From Psammoneis japonica (Eukaryota), in the NCBI GenBank assembly GCA_008632985.1, contig QPGO01000204.1, forward strand, positions 62,001 through 126,000: a DNA stretch of 64,000 bases, in the 5' to 3' direction. Below the pieces are notes generated by a model. The model saw nothing but the letters and a program-made list of their open reading frames with translations, did not search any database and was not told the origin of the DNA. Positions 50,081 through 62,462 of this stretch are shown in pieces. A program made the position numbers and the translations under genes. Each line of letters begins with the position of its first letter. The first letter of the stretch is position 1.

Positions 50081-50112
50081 AGTGCCAATTAACAGCAAGA
50101 GCATTTCAAAAG

Positions 50113-51010
50113 CACTTTGCAAACCACAAAAACAGAAGAAGTGCAAGTGCCGTACATTTTGACTTTCCCGAGTGTTGCATGTCATGTTTCCTGAATGCAC
50201 GTCACATTTCCTGAATGTTGCACGTTGCATTTCCTTCCCAAACACATTGTGGTTGAGTGGAATCTTTTCAAAACAATGGCAAAGGGAGACCGGCTTTCCA
50301 GCATTGGGAACCAGTCAGGCCGGTGGTCAGAGCATCTGCAGCCCACTCAATTTGAAGAAGCCTGCTGGCAACAGCAGCAGTGGAAAGAGAAAACCAAAGC
50401 AACATTGTGAGCACAATAAAAGGCAATGGACTGTGGCTGCTGGCACAACACTTGCATCTTTTCTGCAAGAGCATTCGTTTCCAGGAGCTCTGCATGTAAC
50501 GCTTTGGAATCAGAGATGATCTCTTCCTTGGAAACAATGGAATTGCTGATGATTGCTGCCCTCTCCTTCTCCAACTCAGCTTTTGTGATGAGGGTCTTCC
50601 TTTTGATCTTCAACATGGCAATCTTTCCGTCCGCATCCATGTTGTCGGAGGCTAAAGCTGCAAGGATCTTGCATTCCCCAGCGGCACTTGAGGTTTAAAA
50701 GCCAATGCCAGAAGGCCTGTTGCTGGCCCAGATGTTCCTCCAGCATCTCTGCTTGAGATTCAAGGTGGAGCTGTTCCTCCAAGTCAGCAATGTTCTTGCT
50801 GATGGTTGCCACCTGCTTCTCCAGCAACTCAGACTTCTTGATGCAAATGCTTCCTTTTAAATTTCAATGAGGCAACATTCTTTTCTCAGCCATCAACAAG
50901 ATGTTCTTTGCATCCGTGTTGTGGAAAGAGGGCGGGGTTGCGGGACAAAGTGCTCATGCTGCCGCAATGTGTGCAACCCTTTCAGATTGCGATGATTCTC
51001 AAGATGGAAG
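50113..51010 (-). pseudogene. TpA-depleted paralog of the repeat + coiled-coil gene unit at 42861-43884
   Basis: 50113-50260 matches 42873-43047. 50405-50458 matches the intron at 43197-43246 (GTGAGCACAAT.AAAGGCAATGGA.TGTGG). Coiled-coil remnants in ORFs 50347..50640 and 50576..50827. Confidence 0.6.
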
Positions 51011-52979
51011 GTGCACACACAGTGCACACCAGGGTTGCATGTGTGCATGTACGCTGTGAGCCCTGTGATGCCCTGGCCTGCCTGCCGGCCTTGCCTGGCC
51101 AGCTGCTGTGAGACCCAGGCCTTGAGGATGGATCATTGTTTTGCGGTCAATTTTATTTAGAGCTCATGCACATTTAAAAATAACCCGGATTTGTTGCACT
51201 GACAATGCGCGTGTTCGCCAAAAAAAAAATCAGCGATGGGTTGAACTTTGTCTGTTTGTGAGACAACATAGAGCGCACATGTGACGGTTGCGACCATGCG
51301 CGACATGTGGCTTGACAACTGCAGACATGTCTGTGGCCAGTCAAATGCCAATCATTGGCATTTCCTGGAAAGATGTGGCTTGTCTGTCTGCCACAACAGC
51401 CCAATTTTGGCGGAAAGTGGCGGTTTGTTGCATGTGACAACCAAGGCAAGCACAACAATTGGTGTTTGAAGGTCAATGCGTGTAGTTCACATGAAGGTCT
51501 AACAGCCCTGATGGGGGCTGGACACACTCATGTGTTTTTGGGGGTGCTCAGAGGCTTCGCAAAACAACACGGGCAAAGCACAGGGAAATTTGAAAATCAC
51601 GAGCCATTTAAAAGAACAGCAATGGGAGTGAAAATGCAGAATGAAGTTGGCGTGCGGTTCAAGAAAAAAAGTCAAACACAAATCCCTCTGGCAATGGCAT
51701 GAGACAAATGATGCGGTTGCAGCCCTGCGAACAGGGTGTGGCAGAAGATCATGCGATCAGTCGGTCAACGCGCCGCTTTGCAGCAATGCGCACCAGAGAT
51801 AAAAGGTCAAGGAAAAATTGCACCAGAATGAGATCATTGCTTTCTTTTGGAGAGGATTTAATGCACCCAAACCGCCACAGCAAGGACAATCACGTTAAGT
51901 GGAGAATTCAAAGTCAGTGCAACCTCTGAGAGAAAATCTTTGCCTCTGAGGGAGAATCTTGTCTTCAACAAAGACTGACAGAATTTCACAATTGCATGGA
52001 CCAGAACAACAGCATGCAGTTCACTGCTTGGAACAGTGATCTTGGTGGGCCAGCAAGTGGAAAAGGGAATGTTCAGGACTTGCAAGGATGAAACAGGAAG
52101 TTGTGCTGATGTGACAAGAAGGTCGTTGGAAGAAATGTCATTCTCGTGTAGAATTGACACTGAATCTTGCACAGAAAAGCCAATCCACGCAGCAAAAGGA
52201 CGGTCGTCAGGTGATGCCAATGGTTCACCACAACAGGGACTGTGCTTTCACCACATGCACAAAGGAGACATGTTAGAAGCCATGCAAAGATAAAGTGGTG
52301 AGTTTGTGTTATGATTTTGCTCACAGTTGTTGACTCATCTTGAAATCTGTGTCTCAGATGTTCTCACTGCTTACACCCTCCCGTCTCTTTTGGCCTTCTA
52401 CAGCAACTGGCTTACAATCACCTGCCAGCATGGCAGTTTTTGGTGATTGATGAACTGTGCAACAAACATTGGGTGTGTTGCCCTGACCATGGCAACGAAC
52501 AAGGAGAGCCAGCATTCAATGTGTGGCTGGCTCGATCGAGCCGAGAGAAAGGATCAACATGTCCAATTGCAGGGTTCTGTTGTGGTGTGCTCAAAACGTC
52601 CCAACAAAAGATTCATTTTACAGTGTTGGATGGCCTTGGGAGTCGTTCATGCCGACAACCGCAATGGCTGCGAAACGATGGAGAGTGCCAGCTCTAGGAA
52701 CAGCCAGGTCTGCTCTAGAGAGGCGCGCAGCCCATCATGCGGCAGTCTGTGTCCCGCGCCCCGGTGCGTGCTTGAAGACAATGGACAAAGCATGCCAACA
52801 ACAACAAAAATGGCGAGAACGAAGAACCATCGATCATCGTTTGTGCGATGGCGCACACGCACACACAAGAGCAGCAATTGCACCTGGAGAGCATCTAAAA
52901 ACAACATTGGAAACATGTGGTAAGTTGACAACGCTCTGACTTTCAGTGACAATGCCATTTTTGAAGTTGCACCCCTCAA

Positions 52980-53234
52980 TGTCAATGTTCTGGGTTTCAA
53001 TCGGAACTCGTGCGCGATCTCATGCGCGTCTCTGCTTCAAGACACACACCAAGACTGGCTCTTGTGTGCTGCAGTTTTTCATTCGATTTTCTCCTCACAA
53101 TTTCAAGATGACAACAGTGCAACAACACCTTTTTTTTGGTCTCATCACCTTGATCTGCCTCTGCCCAGCCAGATCAACCTCTCTTCGACCTCTTCACGTC
53201 GAAATCCCAATTGCTCCGTTCCTGAGTCATTGCA
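52980..53234 (+). repeat. 5' LTR (contains no TpA)
   Basis: Aligns end to end with 60139-60399. Confidence 0.95.
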
Positions 53235-53249
53235 GGTTATGAGCCCAAG
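53235..53249 (+). promoter_or_regulatory. Primer-binding site of the internal/half tRNA-iMet type
   Basis: GGTTATGAGCCCAAG directly after the LTR, resembling the Drosophila copia PBS GGTTATGGGCCCAG. Confidence 0.75.
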
Positions 53250-53726
53250 TGTCATGCTTGCGACTCTGCCGCATTGCGCCATCGTTTCCTCAAGAAGCGA
53301 ATTCTCACCCCAGCACATCTAGGTGCATTTCCATGCACCACGTCGACACATTTCAGACGCTCATGACAGAGACGCCATCTCTGGCAATGGACGAACTCAT
53401 CACTCAACCAAACAACCTTCAGCTTCAGAGTGCTGAACTCCTGCGACAAATCGAGGAAGAACGAGAATGGCCAGCCCACAATCCTCCTCCGACTGCCCCT
53501 TGAGAAGACACTTCAAGGGGAGAACTCACCACCCAAGACTTTCACGCAGGAGACCGCGTGTGCATCACGAACGAAATCCGTGGTGTCCGGTTCAGACAAG
53601 CAAACGTCCAAGACCGCCAGGCCACAGTCACTCAAATCACTGCCAAACACGTCTTCGTACGCACGGACAACGGCAGCACAACAAATTGTCATCCAAAGAA
53701 CCTTGTTTTCCTTGCCCAATCTCAAG

Positions 53727-55274
53727 ATGACTACGAACGCTGCTCCAGTCTCTGCTCCCGACTCTGCCAAGACAGGGACGACTCCTCCTCCTTCGGTTGC
53801 GCAGACCAAGCTTGGCCAGGCCACTCCAACGACGACCGTCACGATTAACGGCCGCACTGTTCAAGTTCGGAAACAGCCAGAAAACTCACTCTCAGATGAC
53901 CTCAGCCCTGCACACGAAGAAGCAGAGGGAGACGCTTGCTCCAGACAAGCTCAACGACATCTTCTCTCATGCCACAGCACCCAAGCAGCAAACCAAATTT
54001 GACCTTCTTGACATCAACATCGCCGATCCTGACAAGTCAGAGGACACCTGCGACTTCTCCATGTCGATCCAGACCATGCGCGCAAATCACATCAAGTGCA
54101 ACATGGACGACATTTTCCAGGTCGTCGATCATGTCACCCTCAAGACTCGCAACTTGCACACCAACTGTTCGACTGTCACCGTTGCTGAAGTCACTGCGAG
54201 CAACAAGTGGCACTCCACCATGCTCGACAACCCGATGGCAAGTGGGCTTCTCAGAATCTGAACCTCACCTGTGATTGCGCCATCAAGCACGCTTCTCCAC
54301 CTTTGACCAAGAAAGTCAACGAGACTTGCCTGCGTCATTCTAACGAAGAGCGCGGTGGACCGCTCCACTTCATCATCATGATGAAACTCCTTCAGAGCGA
54401 CTCTGAAGAAGCCGCACTTTATCTCGTCAAGCTGCTCTCATTGATCAAAATCACCGATTTTGATGGCAAAGACATCAGCAAGGTTGTCTCGCTCATCCGT
54501 GGTGGTGTTTCTCGCCTCGAGAATCTCAAGGACCCCACCGGCAAGACTTGCATCCCAACCGATTTTCTTGCTCAGCTGACAAAGGTCTTCCAGACTTCCA
54601 GCATGGCCAAATTCAACGGACTCTTTGATCATCTCTCCAAAAAGTCCAAACTCAAGAAGTTTGTTTCTGTGGCTGCTTCAACTTCTGCTTCTGTGCCTGT
54701 CGAATCGATTGCGAACCTCCTTGACATTGCCGAGCGCAAATGTCATGCTCTGTGCGCACGCGACAAGTGGTCCGGCGTGACCACCAAGGCCAATGCCTCC
54801 TCCTTTGTCGCGAGCATCCTCAGCAAGTGCTTTGGTTGCGGCACCGAAGGATGCTCTGTGGACAAGTGTCCCAAGCCTTGCGATGAAGCTCGCATCAAGG
54901 CCAACAAGAAGCTTTGTTTCGACACCAAGCACAACAAGTCCAAAGCCGCCTCACCGGGCAAGCCTGCCAAACAGCCCCCAGCGAAGTGGAAGCCTCCGAC
55001 CGACGAGGAACGCAAGAACAAGAATCGCCGTGACATCGACGGCAAGGATTGCTTTTGCCATTTCAAGACCAAACGTTGGAAGCCTGTCAGCGCCAACGTC
55101 GCTGCGCCGCCTCCTGCATCAGCTCCTCCAGCTCTTCCGACACCTCCTGCAGCTCCGACACCGGGTGCCGATGCTCGTGTCGCCGCCACTGAGGCAGCAA
55201 AGGAGCTCGCCATCGCTGACGCGACTCAGGCCATGCAAGACACCTTCCGTGGTCTCCTGGGCGCCTTCACTTGA
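53727..55274 (+). pseudogene. gag: gag (frameshifted) with Cys knuckle CFGCGTEGCSVDKC
   Basis: ORFs 53430..54002, 53797..54261 and 54207..55274 chain together; GGPLHFIIMM..LQ and ITDFDG.D.SK motifs; position in element. Confidence 0.8.
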
Positions 55275-56249
55275 CTTCCCGGGCGCGCCACTGCCCTGCT
55301 CCCCACTTGGCACACAGCCCACCCTCAACCACCCGATCCTGGAAGGGACACCCAGGTTTGGCTCCATTGTTTGTGTCTGTGGTTTGTTGTTTCGTTTCTT
55401 CAAGAGGGTGATTTCGGACATTGCGTGCCATCTGACTGTTTTCAGCTGTTGTCTCCAGCAGTCATGGGATTGTCTTTCACATGCTGTTCTTTGCAAAGAA
55501 ACCCACAATGCTGCACTTCTCCAAGCAACCTGCACACGCTGACTTCATCTTCGAGCCAACCCCACAACCTGCTTCACCAACTCCAAATCGCCGACTGCCT
55601 CGAGCGAAGCAGCATCCACTGCATTTGTGTCATGCGGCGTCCTGTCCTGCATCCAACAAGGACTCCTCCAGTCTGTCTCTGGAAACCCTGGACTTGGACG
55701 TTCAAGCGCAGGACTCCAGCTCCTCCTCGAAATCTGGATCCCGAACCAGACAATCCCTCAAGACGTCTCACATTGCGCCATCGCCGACACTCAAGACGCT
55801 ACAAGCGCCCAAGAGGGCACTGCTCCAATCGCTCCTGTCGGAACCCTCAATGTGAAAACCAGATCTTCATGCAAGGATTCAAACAACTGGTCCTCTGAAC
55901 CAGATGACAATCCTGGCAACAAAGAATTCGCCCGCATTCGTCATCGATTGCTCCATCAATCATGGATCATGCATGATCTACAATTTGGCATCAATCTGGA
56001 CTCTTTTGTCAAGTCCATTGACCCACTGCGACAGCTCTGTTGCTGGAGAATCTTGACTGCTCCTGAAGTCCTCGAATCCATCAACAATCGCGATCCGTTT
56101 TGCTGTCTCACCACCACCTTGAGCAACAACGAGCGCCAAATTGTCACCTCACCTCAGTTTGGTGGAATTGCCATGTTTTCAAAACAGGCAAAACACATTC
56201 AGACCGCTGGAACACCAAGGAAGAAAGAACATTTTCAAGCTTGCCTTTC

Positions 56250-59200
56250 TTCCACAAAAACGGACACTCCAATCATCCCAGATGCCGGCGCTTCATCCTC
56301 TTTAACCCCGCACATCTCACCAACTTCATTGGACCTCTTGAACCAGCTTCGCATGCCGAGATCAAGGGCCTTGCATCCAGTGCCCGCGTTGTTGGAAAAG
56401 GCACCGTCAAATGGGACATTGTCGACTGCTGGAACGTCACTCGCACCGTTCGGACAACTGCCTGTCACGTCCCTGACTGCTCAATCAGACTCTTCAGTCC
56501 TCAAACCCATTTCCAAGAGAATGAGAACAATGGATGCTGCCACATCTGTGGCAACAAGTCCATCCTCGAGCTGGCAAATGGCAACAAACTTGAGTTCCCC
56601 TGCAATGCTGGGAATGACTTGCCTCTCATGCTCACTGCTCATCCTTTCAAAGGCGGCATTGACTCCTGTCATGTTGCCCCACTTTTGGATTCTAACTGTT
56701 CATTTTTGTCAGTTGCTGCTCAGACAAATCAGAACATGACACCAGCTCAAAAGGAGCTCCTTCTCCTTCACCAGAAATTCGGACATGCTGGATTCCAGTG
56801 GATCCAATGCCTTTGCAAGATTCCCTGGAGTGAACAGCACAGCCAAGTGCTCAAGCCGCGAAACCCAACAACCAATTCATGCGATGCACCTCTCTGTGCA
56901 GCTTGCCAACTGGCAAAGCAACAACGACGCAATCCCGACCATCGCAGCACATCCAAACCTCAAGAAATGACCCTTCGTTCCAAGGATCTTTGCCCCGGAC
57001 AAGGTGTCTCCATTGACCAGTGCATCAGCCATCTCCCTGGCTGCTTGCCCAAGTCAAAAGGAAAGGAAGCCCCAAGAACAAGTGCAATGGCGGCACACTT
57101 TTTGTCGACCATGCATCGGGCTACGTCCATGTCAACCATCAAGTTGGACTCACTGCTGGCGAGATGCTTCATGCCAAGCAACGCTTTGAACAGCACTGCA
57201 ACACCTTTGGAGTCCAGGTGCAGCACTGCCATGCTGACAACGCATCCTTCGGTTCCAAGGCATTCCAAAGTCACATCAATGACAACGGGCAGAAACTCAC
57301 CTTTTCTGGCGTTGGAGCTCATCATCAAAATGGGGTTTCCGAGCGTGCACACAAACCATGACCTCATGGGGTCGAGCTCTGTTGCTCACGCCATCCTCAT
57401 GTGGCCTGATCAAGCCAATCTCGAACTGTGGCCTTTCGCCATGGAACACGCCGCTTGCATTTGGAATCATTTGCCCCGTCAAGATTCCCGACTTGCTCCT
57501 GTCGAGATTTTCTCCGGCCAACGCTTGTGTGGGGTTGTCCCGCGTACGTTCTCGACCCGAAACTACAAGACAACAAAAAGATCCCAAAGTGGAACGCACG
57601 ATCTTGTCGTGGACAGCATCTGGGCGTCTCCTCAGATCACTCCATTGGCATCGGACGGATCCTGAATCCAAACACCGGTTTCACAAGTCCACAGCATCAC
57701 GTGGTCCATGATGACCATTTTGCTTCAGTCCCAAATGCTGATTCCGGCGGCATCTTTCACAATGCTCCGTTTGACGCTGGATCCTTCTGACAATCCAAGA
57801 CACGGCCAACCATGCCTCCACGATCATTGGTTGACTGCGCGCGAACGTGCGCATCGCAACTGCCACCGCCAGTGACAAAAAGCCAACAAATCCGCTGCCA
57901 AGAATGCCCAACCCGCCACCCAGGACATTTCTGACTCCTCTTCTGTCTCTGCTCCAGAGGAGTGACAACACCAAAACATCAAACTGACGATGATGCAGTG
58001 GACGTGGGAGCATTCACTCCAGAGGGAGCCAAACCTCCAGAGGAAGAGACAGACTCTCTGCCTCCACCGGAACCACCGGATGACAACGAGTTGTCTCTTG
58101 TGGATCATTTTGATCTGCCAGACGACGATGATGCCGTCGCAAGCAACAACACGCCACAGCCATCACCTCCACTGCAAGATGTGCAACCACGACGACCACT
58201 CAGAGTGGCCGCACAAGTGGAAACCGTCACGTTTTATCAAATCGATGATGGCTCACATGTCCTTCCCAAACACTGAGTCTCCACAAGCTCACAAGAACCC
58301 GAAACGGACGGTCAAGGCTGAATCCTCTGAACCAGCAATTCTTGATGTCCTTGCAATGGGAAAAGATCACTCACACTCTCCAATCTCGTGACCTCAGTGC
58401 AATGTTCAACATTCTGCGTGCCAATGCCGACATTGACCACAACACAGTTGAAGAATTTCACCCTTTGGCCTTCGCAGCAAAGGCAAACTCGGGGCTGACA
58501 ACCCTGCTTGGGACCAAGCAATGAACGGACCAGACCGTGCAGCCCATTTGAAGGCTTGCGACGTCAAACTGGATGCTTTGGCAAAAGGCAAAGACGCTTG
58601 GGATGTTGTGGATTGTGAAGATTGGATGAACGTCCTGCCATCTGCTTGGGCGTTCAAATGCAAACGATTTCCAGACAGTCGCATCAAGAAACACAAGGCT
58701 CGATTTTGTGTTCATGGCAACAAGCACTCGAAGGCATCGACCACTTTGACACCTTTGCTCCAGTGGCAAATTGGACAACTGTGCACCTCATGCTCATTCT
58801 GTCTCAAATCTTGCAACTCTCTACAAAACAGGTCGACTGTGTTACGGCTTTCGTACATGCTCCGATCGACAAGGACCCCGACTTCGACAAGTTGTCGCCA
58901 GAGGAACAAGCTCGTTCCGGCGTCTACGTTGAAATGCCTCGTGGCTTTGCGGAACCTGGGAAAGTCCCAAAGCTCAAGAAATCCGTCTGTGGACTCAAAC
59001 AAGCACCGCGAAACTTCTTTTTGCACCTCAAGTCCAAACTAGAAGGTGCCGGATTCACCGCTCAAGACGACGTCGATCCGTGCCTCTTCATCTCGGACAA
59101 AGTCATCTGTCCAGTCTACGTCGATGACACCCTCTTCTTCTCTCCCAAGCAAGAGCACATCGATGAAGTCATTGAAAAGATTCGCCTTTCTGGACTCGCC

Positions 59201-60111
59201 ATCGAAGAAGAAGACTCAGTCGCGGGATTTCTCGGCGTGCACGTCAAGCGCGACACCGATTCAGGTGCTGTCAAGCTCACCCAGAGCGGCCTGGCCCGCC
59301 GTGTCGTGGAAGCCCTGAACATGCCTCATCTCCCAAAGAAATGTGCACCAGCAACTGCCACTCCACTCATTCAAGATGCCGACGGCGACCCTCCTGCAGG
59401 CGCCTGTGACCATGCAAGCGTCATTGGCATGTTGCAGCATCTCGCCGGCCACTCTCGGCCGGACATCTCGTGTGCAGTGAGTTCCGCTGCCCGCTTTGTT
59501 CACTCACCTGAACGCTCGCACGAAATTGCTTTAGAGCGGATTGGACAATGTCTCAAAGGGACCCTCGACGAAGGTCTCATTTTGCGCCCAACCGGAAATC
59601 TCGATGTCGACGCACACGTCGATTCTGACTTCGCCGGTCTGTGGCCACACGAAGACAAGCAAGACCCTGCGTGTGTCAAGAGCCGCTCATTTGTGTCTCC
59701 AACTGTCCCATCATCTGGACAAGTAAACTCGCTCCCGAAATCGCACTCTTGACGATGGAAGCCAAGCACAACGCTCTGTCCTTCTGTGTGAAGAGCGTTC
59801 TTCCGTTTCAACGCGCCGTGTGCTGCATCTCTGAGTGCACCGGCATTGGCACCTGCATGTCTGCCACCTTCAAGACTGCTGTCTGGGAGGACAATGCCGG
59901 AGCTCTGACTCTCGCGAACATGGAACCTGGTCGGATCACTCCGCGATCCAAGCACTGTGCTGTCAAGTGCCGCTGGCTCCGGTCCCATCTCAAGCCCAAC
60001 GATGTCACTGTCCAGAAGATCTCTACCGATCTGCAAAGGGCAGATTGCCTAACCAAAGGGCTTACAAGGGACGCATTCGAGTCCATTCGCAAACTACTCT
60101 GTGGATGGTAA
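56250..60111 (+). pseudogene. pol: pol (protease, GAG-pre-integrase/integrase, RT, RNase H), multiple frameshifts, Tyr to Cys/His
   Basis: DAGAS; H.KFGH...C.AC; LWPFAMEHA..IWN; SAWAFKCKR; CGLKQAPR; YVDD; HVDSDFAG; WEDNAGA; QRADCLTKGL. Confidence 0.93.
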
Positions 60112-60129
60112 TTGATCTCTCACTCGTTC

Positions 60130-60138
60130 GAGAGGGAG
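60130..60138 (+). promoter_or_regulatory. Polypurine tract
   Basis: GAGAGGGAG abutting the 3' LTR. Confidence 0.8.
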
Positions 60139-60399
60139 TGTCAACATTCCGGGTTTCAATCCGAACTCGTGCGCGATCTCGCGCGTATCTCTACTTCAAG
60201 ATACACATCAAGACTATCTCTTACGTACTACAGTTTTTCATTCGATTTTCTCCTCACAATTCACAATTTCAAGATAATAACAGTGTAACAACACCTTTTT
60301 TCAGTCTTATCACCTTGATCTGCCTCTACCTAGCCAGATCAACCTCTCTTCGACCTCTTCACGTCGAAATCCCAATTGCTCCGTTCCTGAGTTATCGCA
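60139..60399 (+). repeat. 3' LTR (retains 14 TpA)
   Basis: Aligns end to end with 52980-53234. Confidence 0.95.
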
Positions 60400-60404
60400 C
60401 TCAA

Positions 60405-62000
60405 CATGCTTTCATCGGTTGCTGCTGCAGACGAATTCTGGCGACGCTTCCAAAGGTCCTGCATCGAATTTGCGTCTCCTCTACCAGCTGCCACAGTCAA
60501 TCACGGGTATGTTTTGCAGTTCCAATGGAGAATTCGCTGCTGCTTGTCAAGTAGTAACGCCGTCACCAACATTGGTACCGTCGGCGGCAACCAGCAGTAG
60601 CCTGTATGGCTCTGCTTGTCTTGTCATGCGGGTTTATGCCATTGCAACGAGTTTGTTCATGGTCTTTACTACAATGGTTTGAACCATTGCTAACGAGCGG
60701 AGCAGGATTGGGGAAAAACTAATGGTCAATTTCTCAAAGTATTGAAAGGGGACGTGAAGAGGGATCGAGACGCAGACACATGAACAGGCGGTTTCAGAGC
60801 AGTTAAATTTGTTTGTTCGATTGCAATGGCGGCCAAAAATACACGAGGCCCGAAAGGAACGTTCAAAGACGAAATCGAGGGGAAAAAGGGTGCCGTAGTA
60901 GCCTCGATGATGCACGAATGTCTACCACAAACAGCTGGACTCGAAGGCAGCATGGTTAAGTATCATATATGGAGAAAATTGTGTCATGCTTCTCTACTGG
61001 CACCGGTAATTTGGATAATGCTCAATCCGAGTAAGAAAATGGCGATGAATTCGACGAGAGCTTGCCAAGAATATTCCCCTCTCCAAGTTTGAATGGAAGT
61101 TACGTTATGTGGCGAAGAAGGGAACTGCTTTCGGTCGACTCTTTTGCTTTACTTTAAGATACCGTACGACACCAGTGACGAGCATTGTCTGAATCGAATG
61201 GTGATGATGTAATGTACGGGTGTTTCTCGCACGTCCCGTGGCGAGAATAATCCATACTTAAACTGTAAGCTTGGTCTCAAATATGGGAATCTCAGTTTGG
61301 GTATGAGAAAGTTTGCAAAATGCAGGCCTCAGCGAGAAAAGGGAAAAGGCTGGGGGCTCGTTGCCGTCAACGGTGCAGAATGGGGTGAGCTCATTCAGGA
61401 GTACACTGGTTAAGTTATCGACGAAGAAAGAACGAAGAAACGCCTTGAAGCATGGGCTAGAGACCGTCCAAACGACGCCATTTTCTACGTGATGTATCTT
61501 GACACCGGCTGGTACATTGATGCGAGCAATGAGGCCAACAGAGTTGATTCGTTAATCATTCGTTTGATCCAACCTGCAAACTGGTCCGAGTCAATGTTGG
61601 AGGGTACTTGCACGTTGCCATCAAATCCTGTATGAACATTGTTCCTGGAGAATTTCTGATTTACGACTACCAGTTTGATACAAGGGATATTTACAAGTTT
61701 CTCTGTAGATGCGGTGCTGCTAAACGTCAAGGCACCTTGGTGGGAAAGGAGTTCCAAGATTGTGCCGAGCAGAAAACAAAGGGACAGGAATGAGGAGGTG
61801 CGAGGGTACGCTTGTACCGCGACAAGACATTTCTTGAGGACCTTAAGAGACACGCAGCACACAGACGTTTGCATGTTTCAGATCTTGTGCCGTGTACTAC
61901 CAAGACGAGACCGTTGCGAGTGGACCGCAAGATTGCGATCGAGAGTTTGCAGTGAAAAGCAGGCTGTTCTTGTGTCGTAATGTCGTTCTGGGGGCTGACT
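60405..62000 (+). pseudogene. Degenerate AWS-SET-postSET histone methyltransferase (H3K36-type) gene; probably continues upstream of the copia insertion (~52400-52979)
   Basis: KGWGLVAV....GELIQEYTG*VID, FYVMYLDTGWYIDA, INHS.DP.C, PGEFLIYDYQF and FLCRCGA (post-SET); HCLNRM (AWS-like); Cys-rich upstream remnants; stops and frameshifts. Confidence 0.8.
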
Positions 62001-62254
62001 TCTCGGCAAGGTGCTTATCACTGGAGAAAGCTTGCAAAAAGTCTTGATATACATGAAACAATGAAGCGATAGGCATCTTTTCTCTCTTCGAAAGGGCGTC
62101 TTAGTGGAGGTTCTTGTGAACACTCCCTGTACCGAGTGTTTTGTACATTCAGAAAAGTTGAATGTGCTCTGTATCCTTATCTTCTACATACTGGTGGCGC
62201 GATTGGAGGTGACGCTGCTTCTTGGGATGGTACAGTAGTGATAGATACCTGGAG

Positions 62255-62462
62255 TGGCGGCGGCGGTTGCGGCGTACCATAACGAAGAAGAAGTTGGGAT
62301 GGACCTGCTGCTGCTAACCTTGGACCTTCTGCTGCTAACCTTGGACCTACGAAAGTAATATAGTAATTTGTGGTGATGCTTGGCGGCGGCGGCGGAGCAT
62401 AACGAAGAAGAGGAATTTGGGATGGACCTGCTGCTGCTAACTTTGGATCTACGAAAGTAATT
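62255..62462. repeat. Two-copy tandem duplication (~120 bp) with internal GGACCT..TGCTGCTAACC subrepeats
   Basis: CATAACGAAGAAGA...TTGGGATGGACCTGCTGCTGCTAAC...CTACGAAAGTAAT occurs twice. Confidence 0.8.

Larger units (their letters stand above)
52980..60399 (+). mobile_element. Full-length Ty1/copia LTR retrotransposon (CoDi-like), inactivated
   Basis: TG...CA LTRs 52980-53234 and 60139-60399; 5-bp TSD CTCAA (52975-52979, 60400-60404); PBS; PPT; gag then PR-IN-RT-RH order. Confidence 0.97.

Noticed and set aside
52980..60399. Classical RIP (CpA>TpA) acting on the 3' LTR as the explanation of LTR differences
   Set aside because: Conserved pol Tyr residues are lost rather than stops gained, so TpA is ancestral.
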